Assembly: GCA_039934415.1 (NCBI GenBank)
Contig: JBDTME010000001.1
Span: 338,785-402,784 of the forward strand
Length of the DNA: 64,000 bases
Direction: 5' to 3'
From: Patescibacteria group bacterium
GTDB lineage: Bacteria > Patescibacteriota > Microgenomatia > UBA1400 > PJMF01
Shown piece after piece: positions 1 through 9,195 of the stretch (its first letter is position 1; each line of letters begins with the position of its first letter). The position numbers and the translations under genes were made by a program. Below the pieces are notes generated by a model. That model was not told the origin of the DNA, ran no database searches, and saw nothing but the letters and a program-made list of their open reading frames with translations.

Positions 1-906
1 CCTAAGCAACTCCCACCAACTGTAGGATTCAAGCAACTTCCTAAACTTCCTTTTCCAGTTCAACCTAACGTCCCAAAATCATACACACTGGAAACAGTAG
101 GTGGCCAACTGCCCTCATTTGGTGACAGAGCTAAAGTATTCTTTATGCCTACCGCTCAAGCCAGTTTAACTGCAGTGGACCGAGCAAAAAAGAAAGCATC
201 GGGTTTGGGATACCTTTTTGAGCCAGAGATTATCGACTCGAGAATGTACAGGTGGACACTCACTTCTCCATTACTCGCTACTTTGCAAATGGATATCCTG
301 ACAGGAACTTTCACAATCTCGACGAACTGGTCTGCTCACCCTGAGTTGCTAACTAAAAAGCAAACCATAAGTTCTACAACACTCATTGAGAGGGTCAAGT
401 CGACTCTCCAGCAAGCAAATAGTTTGTCGGCCGACGTATCCACAGGTCCAGCTCGGACAAAACTCGTCAAAACGATCGGTGGACAACTGACTGAGGCAGA
501 CTCACTTTCCGACGCAGATTTCTTGGAAGTGGATTTGTATCGTAAACCAGTTGATGAAAAATATAGCTCTGTCACCGCCAGAGGCAAACAAGGTCCAGTT
601 CATGCTTTGGTCGCATCTGATGGTACTATCTTGGAGATGATTCAAAATGTTTATCCAGTTGAGTATCAAATAGTAGAGACCTATCCATTGCTATCACCAG
701 ATCTCGCTTGGAAAACACTGTCAGCTGGAGCAGGCTACGTCGCTCAAAAAGGAACGAGCGATACTGCAACTATCCGCACGATGTCGCTGGCATACTTTGA
801 ACCAGATGAAGAAACTCCCTACTATCGCCCCGTCTATGTCTTTGAAAGCAAGGAAGGCTTTGTCGGGATGGTTGATGCGATTGATCCAATCTGGATACAA
901 AAATAA
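1..906 (+). CDS. hypothetical protein, 5'-truncated by the window edge
   Basis: Frame 1 is stop-free from nt 1 into the ORF-track ORF 145..906, so the gene starts upstream of the window. No recognisable catalytic motif. Confidence 0.5.
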   Translation, partial: PKQLPPTVGFKQLPKLPFPVQPNVPKSYTLETVGGQLPSFGDRAKVFFMPTAQASLTAVDRAKKKASGLGYLFEPEIIDSRMYRWTLTSPLLATLQMDILTGTFTISTNWSAHPELLTKKQTISSTTLIERVKSTLQQANSLSADVSTGPARTKLVKTIGGQLTEADSLSDADFLEVDLYRKPVDEKYSSVTARGKQGPVHALVASDGTILEMIQNVYPVEYQIVETYPLLSPDLAWKTLSAGAGYVAQKGTSDTATIRTMSLAYFEPDEETPYYRPVYVFESKEGFVGMVDAIDPIWIQK

Positions 907-922
907 ATGCTATAATTCCCCC

Positions 923-2353
923 ATGACTGTTCGCACGCGCATGGCTCCTAGCCCTACTGGTGACATCCACGTCGGGAGTATGTCCATCGTTCTCAAAAAC
1001 TACGCTTTTGCCAAAAAAAATCAAGGTAAGTTTGTGTTGAGAATCGAAGATACAGATCAGGAAAGAGAAGTCGAAGGAGCTACAAAAAGAATTCAGTCAA
1101 TCATTCGTGACTACGGACTGGACTGGGACGAGGGTCCTGATAAAGGCGGCCCATATGCACCATACATTCAATCAGAACGTTTATCGATTTATAAAGAACA
1201 CGCCGATCAACTGATAAGCACAGGAAAAGCGTACTACTGTTTTTGTTCTAAAGAGCGACTTGCAGAAGTTCATGCCCAACAACTAGCCGCCAAGACACCT
1301 CCTATGTATGATCGTCATTGTCGATCACTTTCATCAACTGAAGTAGCAGAAAAACTTAATTCTAAATTACCATATGTCATTCGATTAAGAGTTCCTGACA
1401 ACCAAACTATAACTTTTACTGATCTGATTCGTGGGAAAATCGAAGTTCAATCTGCAATTATTGATGATCAGGTCTTGTTAAAATCTGATGGTTTTCCCAC
1501 TTATCATCTGGCTGTCGTCGTAGATGACTATTTAATGAAGATTACTCACATCATGCGTGGTGAAGAGTGGATTAGTTCGACTCCTAAACATGTCTTGCTC
1601 TACCAAGCTTATGGTTGGGAACAACCAATCTACGCGCACATTCCGATCTTTCTTAATCCAGATGGCAAAGGGAAAATGAGCAAACGTAAAGGAACTGTTT
1701 CGGCTCAATCGTTCTTGGATGCTGGCTACCTCCCTGAAGCAATGCTTAACTTTTTCATGATCCTTGGCTGGGGACCAAAGGACCAACGAGAAATTCTCAC
1801 GCTCGACGAGTACATTCAAGAATTTGATCCCAAAGATATTAGTGCCAAATCAGTCGTCTTTGATTTAAAAAAACTGGATTGGATAAATGGGATGTATATC
1901 CGAAAATTGAGTCTCGATGAGTTAAAGAAACGACTCCAACCTTTTATTCCGACTAACTTTCCTACGGATAAAATTGATCACATACTACCTTTAGTTTCTG
2001 AAAGATTAGTAAAATTATCGGAGTTTGACTCCCTCACTGACTTTTTCTACAAAGAAATCCAAACAGATCACGACTTACTCGTCAAAAAATCAACTTCAGA
2101 GGAAGTAAGTTCGCAATTGAATCAGACAATTCAAGTAGTCGAATCACTTGATAAATGGTCACCACAAAAACTTGAAGAGGATATTCGCCAACTCCAAGAA
2201 AAACAGGAATGGAAAAAATCCCAATATTTCATGATGCTGCGTCTGGCAATTACCGGCAAACAAGCAACACCACCACTTTTTGAAACTATGATCGTGATTG
2301 GTAAAGAAGTCTGTCTCAAAAGACTCACAGCTAGCATACCGCATAATGTCTAA
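923..2353 (+). CDS. gltX: glutamyl-tRNA synthetase (class I aaRS)
   Basis: N-terminal 'MAPSPTGDIHVGS' HIGH-type region, 'LRIEDTDQERE', and 'KMSKRKG' (KMSKS motif). Start moved from the ORF-track start 797 to ATG 923 (MTVRTRMAPSPTG), which removes the overlap with the upstream ORF. Confidence 0.9.
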   Translation: MTVRTRMAPSPTGDIHVGSMSIVLKNYAFAKKNQGKFVLRIEDTDQEREVEGATKRIQSIIRDYGLDWDEGPDKGGPYAPYIQSERLSIYKEHADQLISTGKAYYCFCSKERLAEVHAQQLAAKTPPMYDRHCRSLSSTEVAEKLNSKLPYVIRLRVPDNQTITFTDLIRGKIEVQSAIIDDQVLLKSDGFPTYHLAVVVDDYLMKITHIMRGEEWISSTPKHVLLYQAYGWEQPIYAHIPIFLNPDGKGKMSKRKGTVSAQSFLDAGYLPEAMLNFFMILGWGPKDQREILTLDEYIQEFDPKDISAKSVVFDLKKLDWINGMYIRKLSLDELKKRLQPFIPTNFPTDKIDHILPLVSERLVKLSEFDSLTDFFYKEIQTDHDLLVKKSTSEEVSSQLNQTIQVVESLDKWSPQKLEEDIRQLQEKQEWKKSQYFMMLRLAITGKQATPPLFETMIVIGKEVCLKRLTASIPHNV

Positions 2354-2377
2354 AAAATTAAAAATTTCACGTCCCAC

Positions 2378-4030
2378 TTGTTCTCCCTGCCTGAGTTCTT
2401 TATGATCAGTGTAATGCGTAAAATCTACAGTTTTTTGCTCCATCATGAGGTCATCATCCTCTTACTCGCTTTTCTGATTTTGTTGCGAATTCCTAATCTC
2501 TTCGAGCCTTACTGGTATGGTGATGAAGGGATTTACCTCACAGTCGGAGCAGCAATGCGACAAGGATTACACTTGTATGCACAAACACTTGACCACAAGA
2601 CACCACTGATTTACTACCTTGCAATGGTACCTTCTCAGTTCTGGTTTCGGATGTTATTAATGGCCTGGATGTTAGTGACGACAACTTTTTTCTATTTACT
2701 CACAAAGAACCTCAAATTTCGCAAAGCTCAACAATATATCTCGACTTTTTTCTTCATCATCTTCACAACTTTGCCATGGTTGGAAGGAAATATTCCCAAT
2801 GGGGAACTATTTGTAATGGGGTTTATCATGGTTGGTGCGTGGGTCTTTTCACGAACTCAGTTTTTCCAGCTTAACCTTAAAGAAGAAATTGTCCCTATTA
2901 AGTCTGTCATCAGCTCTCAACAAGCAGTCGCCATCGCGATCAGCGGCTTCTTTTTCTCACTAGCAATCTTGACCAAAGTGCCAGCACTTTTTGATGTCGT
3001 TCCTTTTTACATGGTGGGCTATTTCACGCTTGTTGATCACTTTTCAATTAAGCGCTCTCGAAAAGTTTTTTTCTCAATTCTCGGGCTGTGGGAAATGCTG
3101 AGTATCTCCATAGTGACACCACTCGTGCTAAGTTTGGCTTACTATACCCTCAGAGGAACACTGCACGACTACATCGATATCGGCATTTTATACAACTTTA
3201 GATATGCAGGCACTTGGGCGTTACCAGCCTTACCTTTTGGGTTGGGAATTCTACTCACAATGAAAGGTAAGTTAGCAATTGTCGCTCTAATCGTATTCCT
3301 GTTATCAGTTTTGAGTAAAAAAGTTTCATCCAAATCTCAGTTCATTATCTCTTGGGCAATCATGTCATTGTTTGGAGCTTTGTTATCCTCCAGACCGTAC
3401 CCTCACTACTTACTCCAAGTCGTTCCGGCTTTTGCGCTACTGTTCGGTGCTCTCCTTCAAAAAATTAAGTCCAACACAGAGAGAGTCTTATTAATCATTC
3501 CTTTTGTATTACTCATTTTAGCAATAGTCACAATTCAGTTCGGGTTCTACAGCACAAGTAAATACTATTTAAACTTTATGCGTTACCTCACAGGTCGCAT
3601 CGATCGACAAGAATATAACCAGCGATTTGATTCTTTGATGAGCGATAACTATCAGGCTGCCGCGACCCTCAAAATGGATGATCAACCTCGAATTTTCATT
3701 TGGGGTACAAACCCCACTTTGTATGCATTATCAAAGAAAATTCCTGTTGGTCGCTTCATTACAGCGTTCCATATTGCTGATTTTCCGGGTGCTTTTGATG
3801 AGACGTATCGAGATTTAACCCAATATCATCCTGAATTTATCGTAGTCATGAAATCTGAAACGATTAAGTTTCCAGAATTCTTCACCTATCTGCACCTCAA
3901 CTATTTACCGTATAAAGATCTTGATCACATGACTATTTATAAAAGTACTGATCTTTTGGAAAAAGATGTCAACTTTTTTTCAGACAATCCCAGTTCACCT
4001 TCTGCAGAATTGAATGCAACAGCTGAATAG
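2378..4030 (+). CDS. polytopic membrane glycosyltransferase, GT-C fold (ArnT/PMT/GT39-GT83-like)
   Basis: 550 aa with about 12 hydrophobic helices. The N-terminal loop 'PNLFEPYWYGDEGIY' resembles the first periplasmic loop of GT-C polyprenyl-phosphate-sugar-dependent transferases. Start codon uncertain. Confidence 0.55.
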   Translation: MFSLPEFFMISVMRKIYSFLLHHEVIILLLAFLILLRIPNLFEPYWYGDEGIYLTVGAAMRQGLHLYAQTLDHKTPLIYYLAMVPSQFWFRMLLMAWMLVTTTFFYLLTKNLKFRKAQQYISTFFFIIFTTLPWLEGNIPNGELFVMGFIMVGAWVFSRTQFFQLNLKEEIVPIKSVISSQQAVAIAISGFFFSLAILTKVPALFDVVPFYMVGYFTLVDHFSIKRSRKVFFSILGLWEMLSISIVTPLVLSLAYYTLRGTLHDYIDIGILYNFRYAGTWALPALPFGLGILLTMKGKLAIVALIVFLLSVLSKKVSSKSQFIISWAIMSLFGALLSSRPYPHYLLQVVPAFALLFGALLQKIKSNTERVLLIIPFVLLILAIVTIQFGFYSTSKYYLNFMRYLTGRIDRQEYNQRFDSLMSDNYQAAATLKMDDQPRIFIWGTNPTLYALSKKIPVGRFITAFHIADFPGAFDETYRDLTQYHPEFIVVMKSETIKFPEFFTYLHLNYLPYKDLDHMTIYKSTDLLEKDVNFFSDNPSSPSAELNATAE

Positions 4031-4044
4031 CATATAATTTCCCC

Positions 4045-4413
4045 ATGTCTGTCTCTTTTACTTTCCGTCATCGACGCTCTTTGTTGGCTTTACCCCAAGA
4101 AATGAAACTGCCAACTTTGTTTTCGTTACTGATGGCGTCGATTAGTGCCTTTTTATCGATCATAGTGTATCCTTCGCTGCAACCAATCATTCCACTTTTC
4201 TACACGCTCCCGCAGCTTGACCAACAACTCGCTCGAAAAGAGTTTATGTTTGTTTTGCCCATCATCTCTATTAGCGTTTGTATTGTGAATCTAGTTTTTG
4301 GCAAAATCTTGTCCAAAATTGATTTTTTGATGATGCAGTTGTTGGCATGGCTTACAGTGTTTCTCGAATTCTTACTATTATTCGCATTAGTACGTATCAT
4401 TCTCATCATTTAA
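4045..4413 (+). CDS. small polytopic membrane protein, unknown function
   Basis: 122 aa with three hydrophobic segments. Sits between the GT-C and MraY/WecA-like genes, 4 nt before the next gene. Confidence 0.4.
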   Translation: MSVSFTFRHRRSLLALPQEMKLPTLFSLLMASISAFLSIIVYPSLQPIIPLFYTLPQLDQQLARKEFMFVLPIISISVCIVNLVFGKILSKIDFLMMQLLAWLTVFLEFLLLFALVRIILII

Positions 4414-4416
4414 TCT

Positions 4417-5499
4417 ATGATCATTCCTGCCTTCTTGGTCTCACTCTTCATTGCAGCGATTGTAGCCCCTCTCATTATTCGACTCTATACGTCTAGAAAG
4501 TGGATTGACGATCCCGCTAAGCAACACCACGTTAAAATAACTCATCAATCACCTGTTCCCCGTGGAGGTGGTCTCGTCATTTTAGTGGCAGTTCTCCTCA
4601 GCTGTTTGCTTTTTTTAAATCTGAATTCGGAAATATTCTGGATTTTATTAGGTACAACAATTTTAGCGGCGATGGGGACGCTAGACGACATTAAAAATTT
4701 AAATCCCTATCTTCGGTTTGTAGTTGGACTACTGGTTGCAGGTTTTATTGTGTTTGCTGGTATAAAGATTGAGTACATCACTCACCCATTTCAGACTGGC
4801 GTCATCTACATTGATCATCCTTCGTTTATCATCAATGGGGTACTTTTCTCGTTTAATTTGCCATTCTTGTCTACAATCCTAACTGTGCTCTGGATTGTCT
4901 GGAATATGAACATAGTGAATTGGTCTAAAGGCATCGATGGTCAACTGCCAGGCGTAGTTGGCATTGCGTCTATCTTTATCGGCATCCTAGCAATTCGTTT
5001 TTCAGCAGACCCAGCTCAACAAAATGTAATTCTTCTCGCATTTATCGTAGCTGGCGCTTATCTAGGACTTTTGATCTGGAACGCCTACCCGCAAAAAATC
5101 ATGCCAGGGTACGGGGCAGGTTCGCTAGGTGGATATTTCCTTGCTATCTTAGCTATCCTGTCAGGTGCTAAGTTAGCCACGTCGTTATTAGTACTTGCTT
5201 TACCAACAGCTGATGCCATATTCACCATCACAAGGCGACTACTTCGCAAGAAATCGCCGTTTTGGGGAGATCGCGGACATCTCCACCATAAATTGATGGA
5301 TGTGTTAGGATGGTCTAAGAGAACAACAGCTTTCTTTTATTGGATGGTGACAGCGCTGATGGGCTTTATAGCGCTCCAATTGAAGCCAGAACAAAAATTG
5401 TTTACAATTGTTGTAGTAAGCGCACTAGTATTTGGATTTTTGATATGGGCAAAACTTTTTATTACCTCCTCAAAACAGCACGACCAAGACAGTGGATAA
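4417..5499 (+). CDS. polyprenyl-phosphate phospho-sugar transferase, MraY/WecA (GT4) family
   Basis: 360 aa, about 10 TM helices. Family motifs 'PRGGGL', 'GTLDDIKN', 'NMNIVNWSKGIDGQLPG' (N.N..DG.DG) and 'GDRGHLHHKL'. Cannot tell MraY from a WecA-like initiating transferase; the Asp of the 'GD.GS' motif appears replaced ('GYGAGS'). Confidence 0.7.
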   Translation: MIIPAFLVSLFIAAIVAPLIIRLYTSRKWIDDPAKQHHVKITHQSPVPRGGGLVILVAVLLSCLLFLNLNSEIFWILLGTTILAAMGTLDDIKNLNPYLRFVVGLLVAGFIVFAGIKIEYITHPFQTGVIYIDHPSFIINGVLFSFNLPFLSTILTVLWIVWNMNIVNWSKGIDGQLPGVVGIASIFIGILAIRFSADPAQQNVILLAFIVAGAYLGLLIWNAYPQKIMPGYGAGSLGGYFLAILAILSGAKLATSLLVLALPTADAIFTITRRLLRKKSPFWGDRGHLHHKLMDVLGWSKRTTAFFYWMVTALMGFIALQLKPEQKLFTIVVVSALVFGFLIWAKLFITSSKQHDQDSG

Positions 5500-6383
5500 A
5501 AAATTTGGCATTATTTGCCACGCTTGTTTTCTCTGGGCTGTTCTTCAAACCTTTTCCGGGTAATCTTTTAACGGTTTCTCAGGCTTTTATCATATTTTGC
5601 GTCCTGTGTTCATCTATTTACATCATAAATGACATTGTTGATGTTGAGTCAGATAAAAAACATCCCTTTAAAAAGAAGCGACCAATTGCGTCAGGAGACT
5701 TACCAATCCCCACTGCCGTCTTTTACGCGATTGCCGGAATGGTATTAGTCATCTTCTTTTCACTTTCACTTAATCCTTTTTTCTTCTATCTCGTCTTAAC
5801 TTATATTGCTCTCCAGATCTTATACACAGTCAAGTTGAAACACATTCCAATTTTAGATGTGCTCACTATTGCAGCAGGATTCATCATTCGCGTCTACGCT
5901 GGTGCCGTTGTAGTGAATCTGCATATGAATGTTTGGTTTTTGTTAACAGTTTTGTCAGCTTCTTTGTTCTTGGCTATCGGCAAACGCCAAAGTGAGCGAA
6001 CATTACTTGAAGGAAGACTTGGTGAAACGAGGAAAACGCTCCAACATTACTCGAAACGGTTACTTGATATTTATACTGGCATGTTTGCCAATACCACTTG
6101 GCTAACATATGCTCTTTATGCGTATCAACGCGAAGAAATTTCTCCAACCGAATCAATCTTTCGCAAGTTGACTTTCTTACCTCGCACATTCACCTCAGAA
6201 AAATGGTTAATGATTACCATTCCAGTTGTCATCTATATTGTGATGAGATATCTACAGTTGGTATATGAAAATAACCAAGGTGAGTCGCCGGAGAGAGTGC
6301 TTCTCAACGATAAACCACTATTGGTTGGTGTGATTACTTGGGGATTACTAGTGATGATTATTATCTATGTCGTAGGTAGTTGA
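5445..6383 (+). CDS. decaprenyl-phosphate phosphoribosyltransferase-like prenyltransferase (UbiA superfamily, DPPR-synthase type)
   Basis: Signatures 'ARPRQWIKNL' and 'NDIVDVESDKKHPFKKKRPIASG', matching Rv3806c-type enzymes. Start set at ATG 5445 (MGKTFYY); the ORF track starts at 5340. Overlaps the upstream gene by 55 nt. Confidence 0.7.
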   Translation: MGKTFYYLLKTARPRQWIKNLALFATLVFSGLFFKPFPGNLLTVSQAFIIFCVLCSSIYIINDIVDVESDKKHPFKKKRPIASGDLPIPTAVFYAIAGMVLVIFFSLSLNPFFFYLVLTYIALQILYTVKLKHIPILDVLTIAAGFIIRVYAGAVVVNLHMNVWFLLTVLSASLFLAIGKRQSERTLLEGRLGETRKTLQHYSKRLLDIYTGMFANTTWLTYALYAYQREEISPTESIFRKLTFLPRTFTSEKWLMITIPVVIYIVMRYLQLVYENNQGESPERVLLNDKPLLVGVITWGLLVMIIIYVVGS

Positions 6384-6384
6384 G

Positions 6385-7320
6385 CTATTTCTCAGTCACA
6401 TACTTACCGCTTACCCACCCTCTTTTTCCGGTTTCGTACTCAATCTGATCCCAACCGTCTTGCTTGTCCAAAAGAGGAAAGGTTTCGCCAACATCCACTT
6501 TTGCCAATTCTTTGCCAGTAGCCGAGGCAGTTTCTCTCACTCGCAACCAACCTGTACCTGTTTCAATCACAGTGACTTGTTTTGTTGATGTAGAACTTGT
6601 TTGGGAAGTACGACTTGTCGACTCAGTTTTGGGGGTCGGAGTAGGTTTGGATGAAGAACTGGCCTCTTTGGCAGAACTCGAGGCCTCAGCAGCACCAGAA
6701 GCAACTTCGACGTCATCTGAAGTAACACTTACTTTTTGCTTTGCTAATTTCACTGTCACATCCATCTGAAAACCTTCCGCGATATTGATACTGTCCTCCT
6801 GGTCCTTGTAACTTGGCAGTGCTACTTGAAATCGATGGGTACCTGGTGTCATAGATTTCATCAAAACGGGGGTAAATCCTTGAGACACGTCGTCAACTTT
6901 AACTATTGCGCCGTCAGGGATACTCGCTAAAGAGAAATTAGCATCTTTTTTCTTTTTGAGTGGCTCGAGCTCATAGACTATTCCCCCACTCGTCTCAGCC
7001 GTTTTCCCGAATGTCCAGTTCATGACAGCCAAAGTGGTGGAATAAAGTGTTACTGAGGTCTCATAAGTTGCTAATTCCTGATCTTGAGGTTCTAGTCGTA
7101 CCGAGTAGCTGCCTGGTTTTAGGGTTTGATCACTGTATGGAGTCATTCCGACCTTGTTTCCATTCAAGAAAACAGCAGCGGTAATACCATCTGTGGTAAT
7201 TTGAAGCCCTGATACTTCTTGCTTTTGAAAAGGCAAAGTACAGCCTGCCAAAAAAACCACTGAGGAGATGAGCAAGCACAACGCTAAAGAAAAGGAAGTA
7301 GATCTGGGCAAACGCAGCAT
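6385..7320 (-). CDS. lipoprotein with two PEGA-like domains, S/T-rich linker and C-terminal bacterial SH3 (SH3b) domain
   Basis: Start moved to the internal ATG at 7320 (MLRLPRS...LISSVVFLAGC: signal peptide plus lipobox LAGC). PEGA-like segments 'FLNGNKVGMTPY..LKPGSYSV' and 'IVKVDDVSQGFTPV..MTPGTHRF'. C-terminal 'GWLRVRETASATGKELAKVDVGETFPLLDKQDGWDQIEYETGKRGWVSGKYV' is SH3b-like. Confidence 0.55.
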   Translation of the reverse strand: MLRLPRSTSFSLALCLLISSVVFLAGCTLPFQKQEVSGLQITTDGITAAVFLNGNKVGMTPYSDQTLKPGSYSVRLEPQDQELATYETSVTLYSTTLAVMNWTFGKTAETSGGIVYELEPLKKKKDANFSLASIPDGAIVKVDDVSQGFTPVLMKSMTPGTHRFQVALPSYKDQEDSINIAEGFQMDVTVKLAKQKVSVTSDDVEVASGAAEASSSAKEASSSSKPTPTPKTESTSRTSQTSSTSTKQVTVIETGTGWLRVRETASATGKELAKVDVGETFPLLDKQDGWDQIEYETGKRGWVSGKYVTEK

Positions 7321-7428
7321 AGGGGTATTGTATACCCAGATACATAACCATTGCAAACTAGATGTAACCGCTACTATAAAGATATGGCGGCTCACGGACT
7401 CCCATTTTATGCTGTATAATGCGAGTCT

Positions 7429-7647
7429 ATGTCAACAGCCTTTCTCGTCATCCAAATCATTATCTCAGTGGTCTTGATCGCCGTTATTCTTTTACAATCT
7501 CAAGGGACAGGACTTGGATCTACTTGGGGTGGCGGTGGTGAGAGTTACCACACAAAACGAGGTGTGGAAAAAGTTCTTCTATACGTGACTATCTTTTGTA
7601 TCATTGCCTTCGCCATTTTCTCACTGCTCAATATCGTAGCCCGTTAA
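7429..7647 (+). CDS. secG: preprotein translocase subunit SecG
   Basis: 72 aa, two TM helices separated by a glycine-rich loop 'LLQSQGTGLGSTWGGGG'. Confidence 0.75.
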   Translation: MSTAFLVIQIIISVVLIAVILLQSQGTGLGSTWGGGGESYHTKRGVEKVLLYVTIFCIIAFAIFSLLNIVAR

Positions 7648-7737
7648 TGAGTTAAAATAATGCGTTCTCTCGAGTCCGCACTCACTTTAAAATTAGCATA
7701 TTCATTATTCATCGCTGATCGTTCACAATAACTGATA

Positions 7738-9150
7738 ATGTCTTCACTGCGCACATCCTACTGGTACATCTCACTCTATCTAAAAAAACACGTCAAAATT
7801 ATTATTGGCGCCATTTTGGTTGGTGTACTGGTTTTCGCAGGTCTACTACCTTTTTTGACAAATTTGCCACAGCTCAAACCGACTAGATATATAGGCGTTA
7901 TTGGTTCATTTAATTTCTCCACACTGCCAAAGCCAATTCAAAATCAAATCAGCTTAGGATTAACTCACATTGAGGAAGATGGTTCAGCTAGTCCAGAACT
8001 TTCTCAACGATGGAGTATTGAAGATGATGGAAAAACCTATCGATTCATTTTGAAAAATGGAATTCATTGGCAAGACGGTAAGCTGCTAGAACCTAAAGAT
8101 ATTTCATTTAATTTTCAAGATACTCAGATCATAACCACAGAAAATGAGATTATCTTCAAACTCAAAGAACCATTCGCCCCTTTCCCCGTTGTGTTATCTC
8201 AACCACTTTTCAGAGAAGTCCAAACTTCCTATTTACGATTTTTTAAGCGGAATAAAATTATTGGAATTGGCTCATATGAAGTCACAAAAACTACGTATCA
8301 GGATGACCTCTTATCTGAACTGATCTTGGATAGTGCTGCTGAACGAATCGTGTATCGTTTTTATTTGACAGAGGATCGCGCCTTAGTAGCCTATGAGCAT
8401 GGGAAAATCGACGAAATTCAAGATGTTTCAGATATCAGCACTTTCGATAACTGGCCAAACACCGTCACCACTAGAAAGATTAATAAAGATCAATATCTGG
8501 GCATCTTTTTTAATCAAAACGATCCCCTCTTTGAAAAAAATGTTCGACAAGCCTTAAGCTATTCACTGACTAAAGGTGATCCAAATCTCAGAACCAAGAG
8601 TCCGATTAGCCCTATTTCTTGGGCCTATTTAGATGGTGTTAAATCGTACGGATTTGATCTAGATCGAGCAATGGAACGTATGTTTGATACTATGCCTCAG
8701 CAACCACTCAACATAACTCTCACAACTACTCTTCGTTTCCAAGATGAGGCTGAACAAATAAAAAAAGAATGGGAAAACTTTGGTAAGCTAACAAGTGAAA
8801 AATGTCACACTTCCGGCGAGATTAAAGACAAAACACTCTGCGATAATACCAAGATCAGCGTCACGATTAATCTCACTAACTTTCCAGATGTAGGAAACTA
8901 TCAAGCACTACTTATTGGTCAAGAGATCCCCACAGACCCCGATCAATATACACTCTGGGACTCCACTCAAAACACTAACTTCACTCACTATAAAAATCCA
9001 CGTATTGATGCGCTACTAGAAAACGGTCGAAAAACATCAGACCAAAATCAACGAAAGGCAATCTATCAAGAATTTCAACAATTTTTGTTGGAAGATGCAC
9101 CTGCAATTTTCTTACACTATCTAGAAAGTTATTCAGTGAAACGAACGTAA
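7738..9150 (+). CDS. solute-binding protein family 5 (OppA/DppA-like) domain protein, membrane-anchored, orphan
   Basis: N-terminal TM. 'GIHWQDGKLLEPKDISFNF' matches the SBP_bac_5 'W.DG.P.TA.D' region. No adjacent permease genes. Confidence 0.5.
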   Translation: MSSLRTSYWYISLYLKKHVKIIIGAILVGVLVFAGLLPFLTNLPQLKPTRYIGVIGSFNFSTLPKPIQNQISLGLTHIEEDGSASPELSQRWSIEDDGKTYRFILKNGIHWQDGKLLEPKDISFNFQDTQIITTENEIIFKLKEPFAPFPVVLSQPLFREVQTSYLRFFKRNKIIGIGSYEVTKTTYQDDLLSELILDSAAERIVYRFYLTEDRALVAYEHGKIDEIQDVSDISTFDNWPNTVTTRKINKDQYLGIFFNQNDPLFEKNVRQALSYSLTKGDPNLRTKSPISPISWAYLDGVKSYGFDLDRAMERMFDTMPQQPLNITLTTTLRFQDEAEQIKKEWENFGKLTSEKCHTSGEIKDKTLCDNTKISVTINLTNFPDVGNYQALLIGQEIPTDPDQYTLWDSTQNTNFTHYKNPRIDALLENGRKTSDQNQRKAIYQEFQQFLLEDAPAIFLHYLESYSVKRT

Positions 9151-9195
9151 TGATCTTTTTTTGAAATAAAATAGTCTGTCCTAAGGAGTAGTGCC

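Noticed and set aside
797-922. The 5' part of the ORF-track gltX ORF, overlapping the upstream gene
   Set aside because: The conserved GltX N-terminus starts at ATG 923. The upstream stretch merely lacks a stop in that frame.
5340-5444. N-terminal 35 codons of ORF 5340..6383
   Set aside because: They overlap the MraY/WecA-like gene. The UbiA-family homology starts at ATG 5445.
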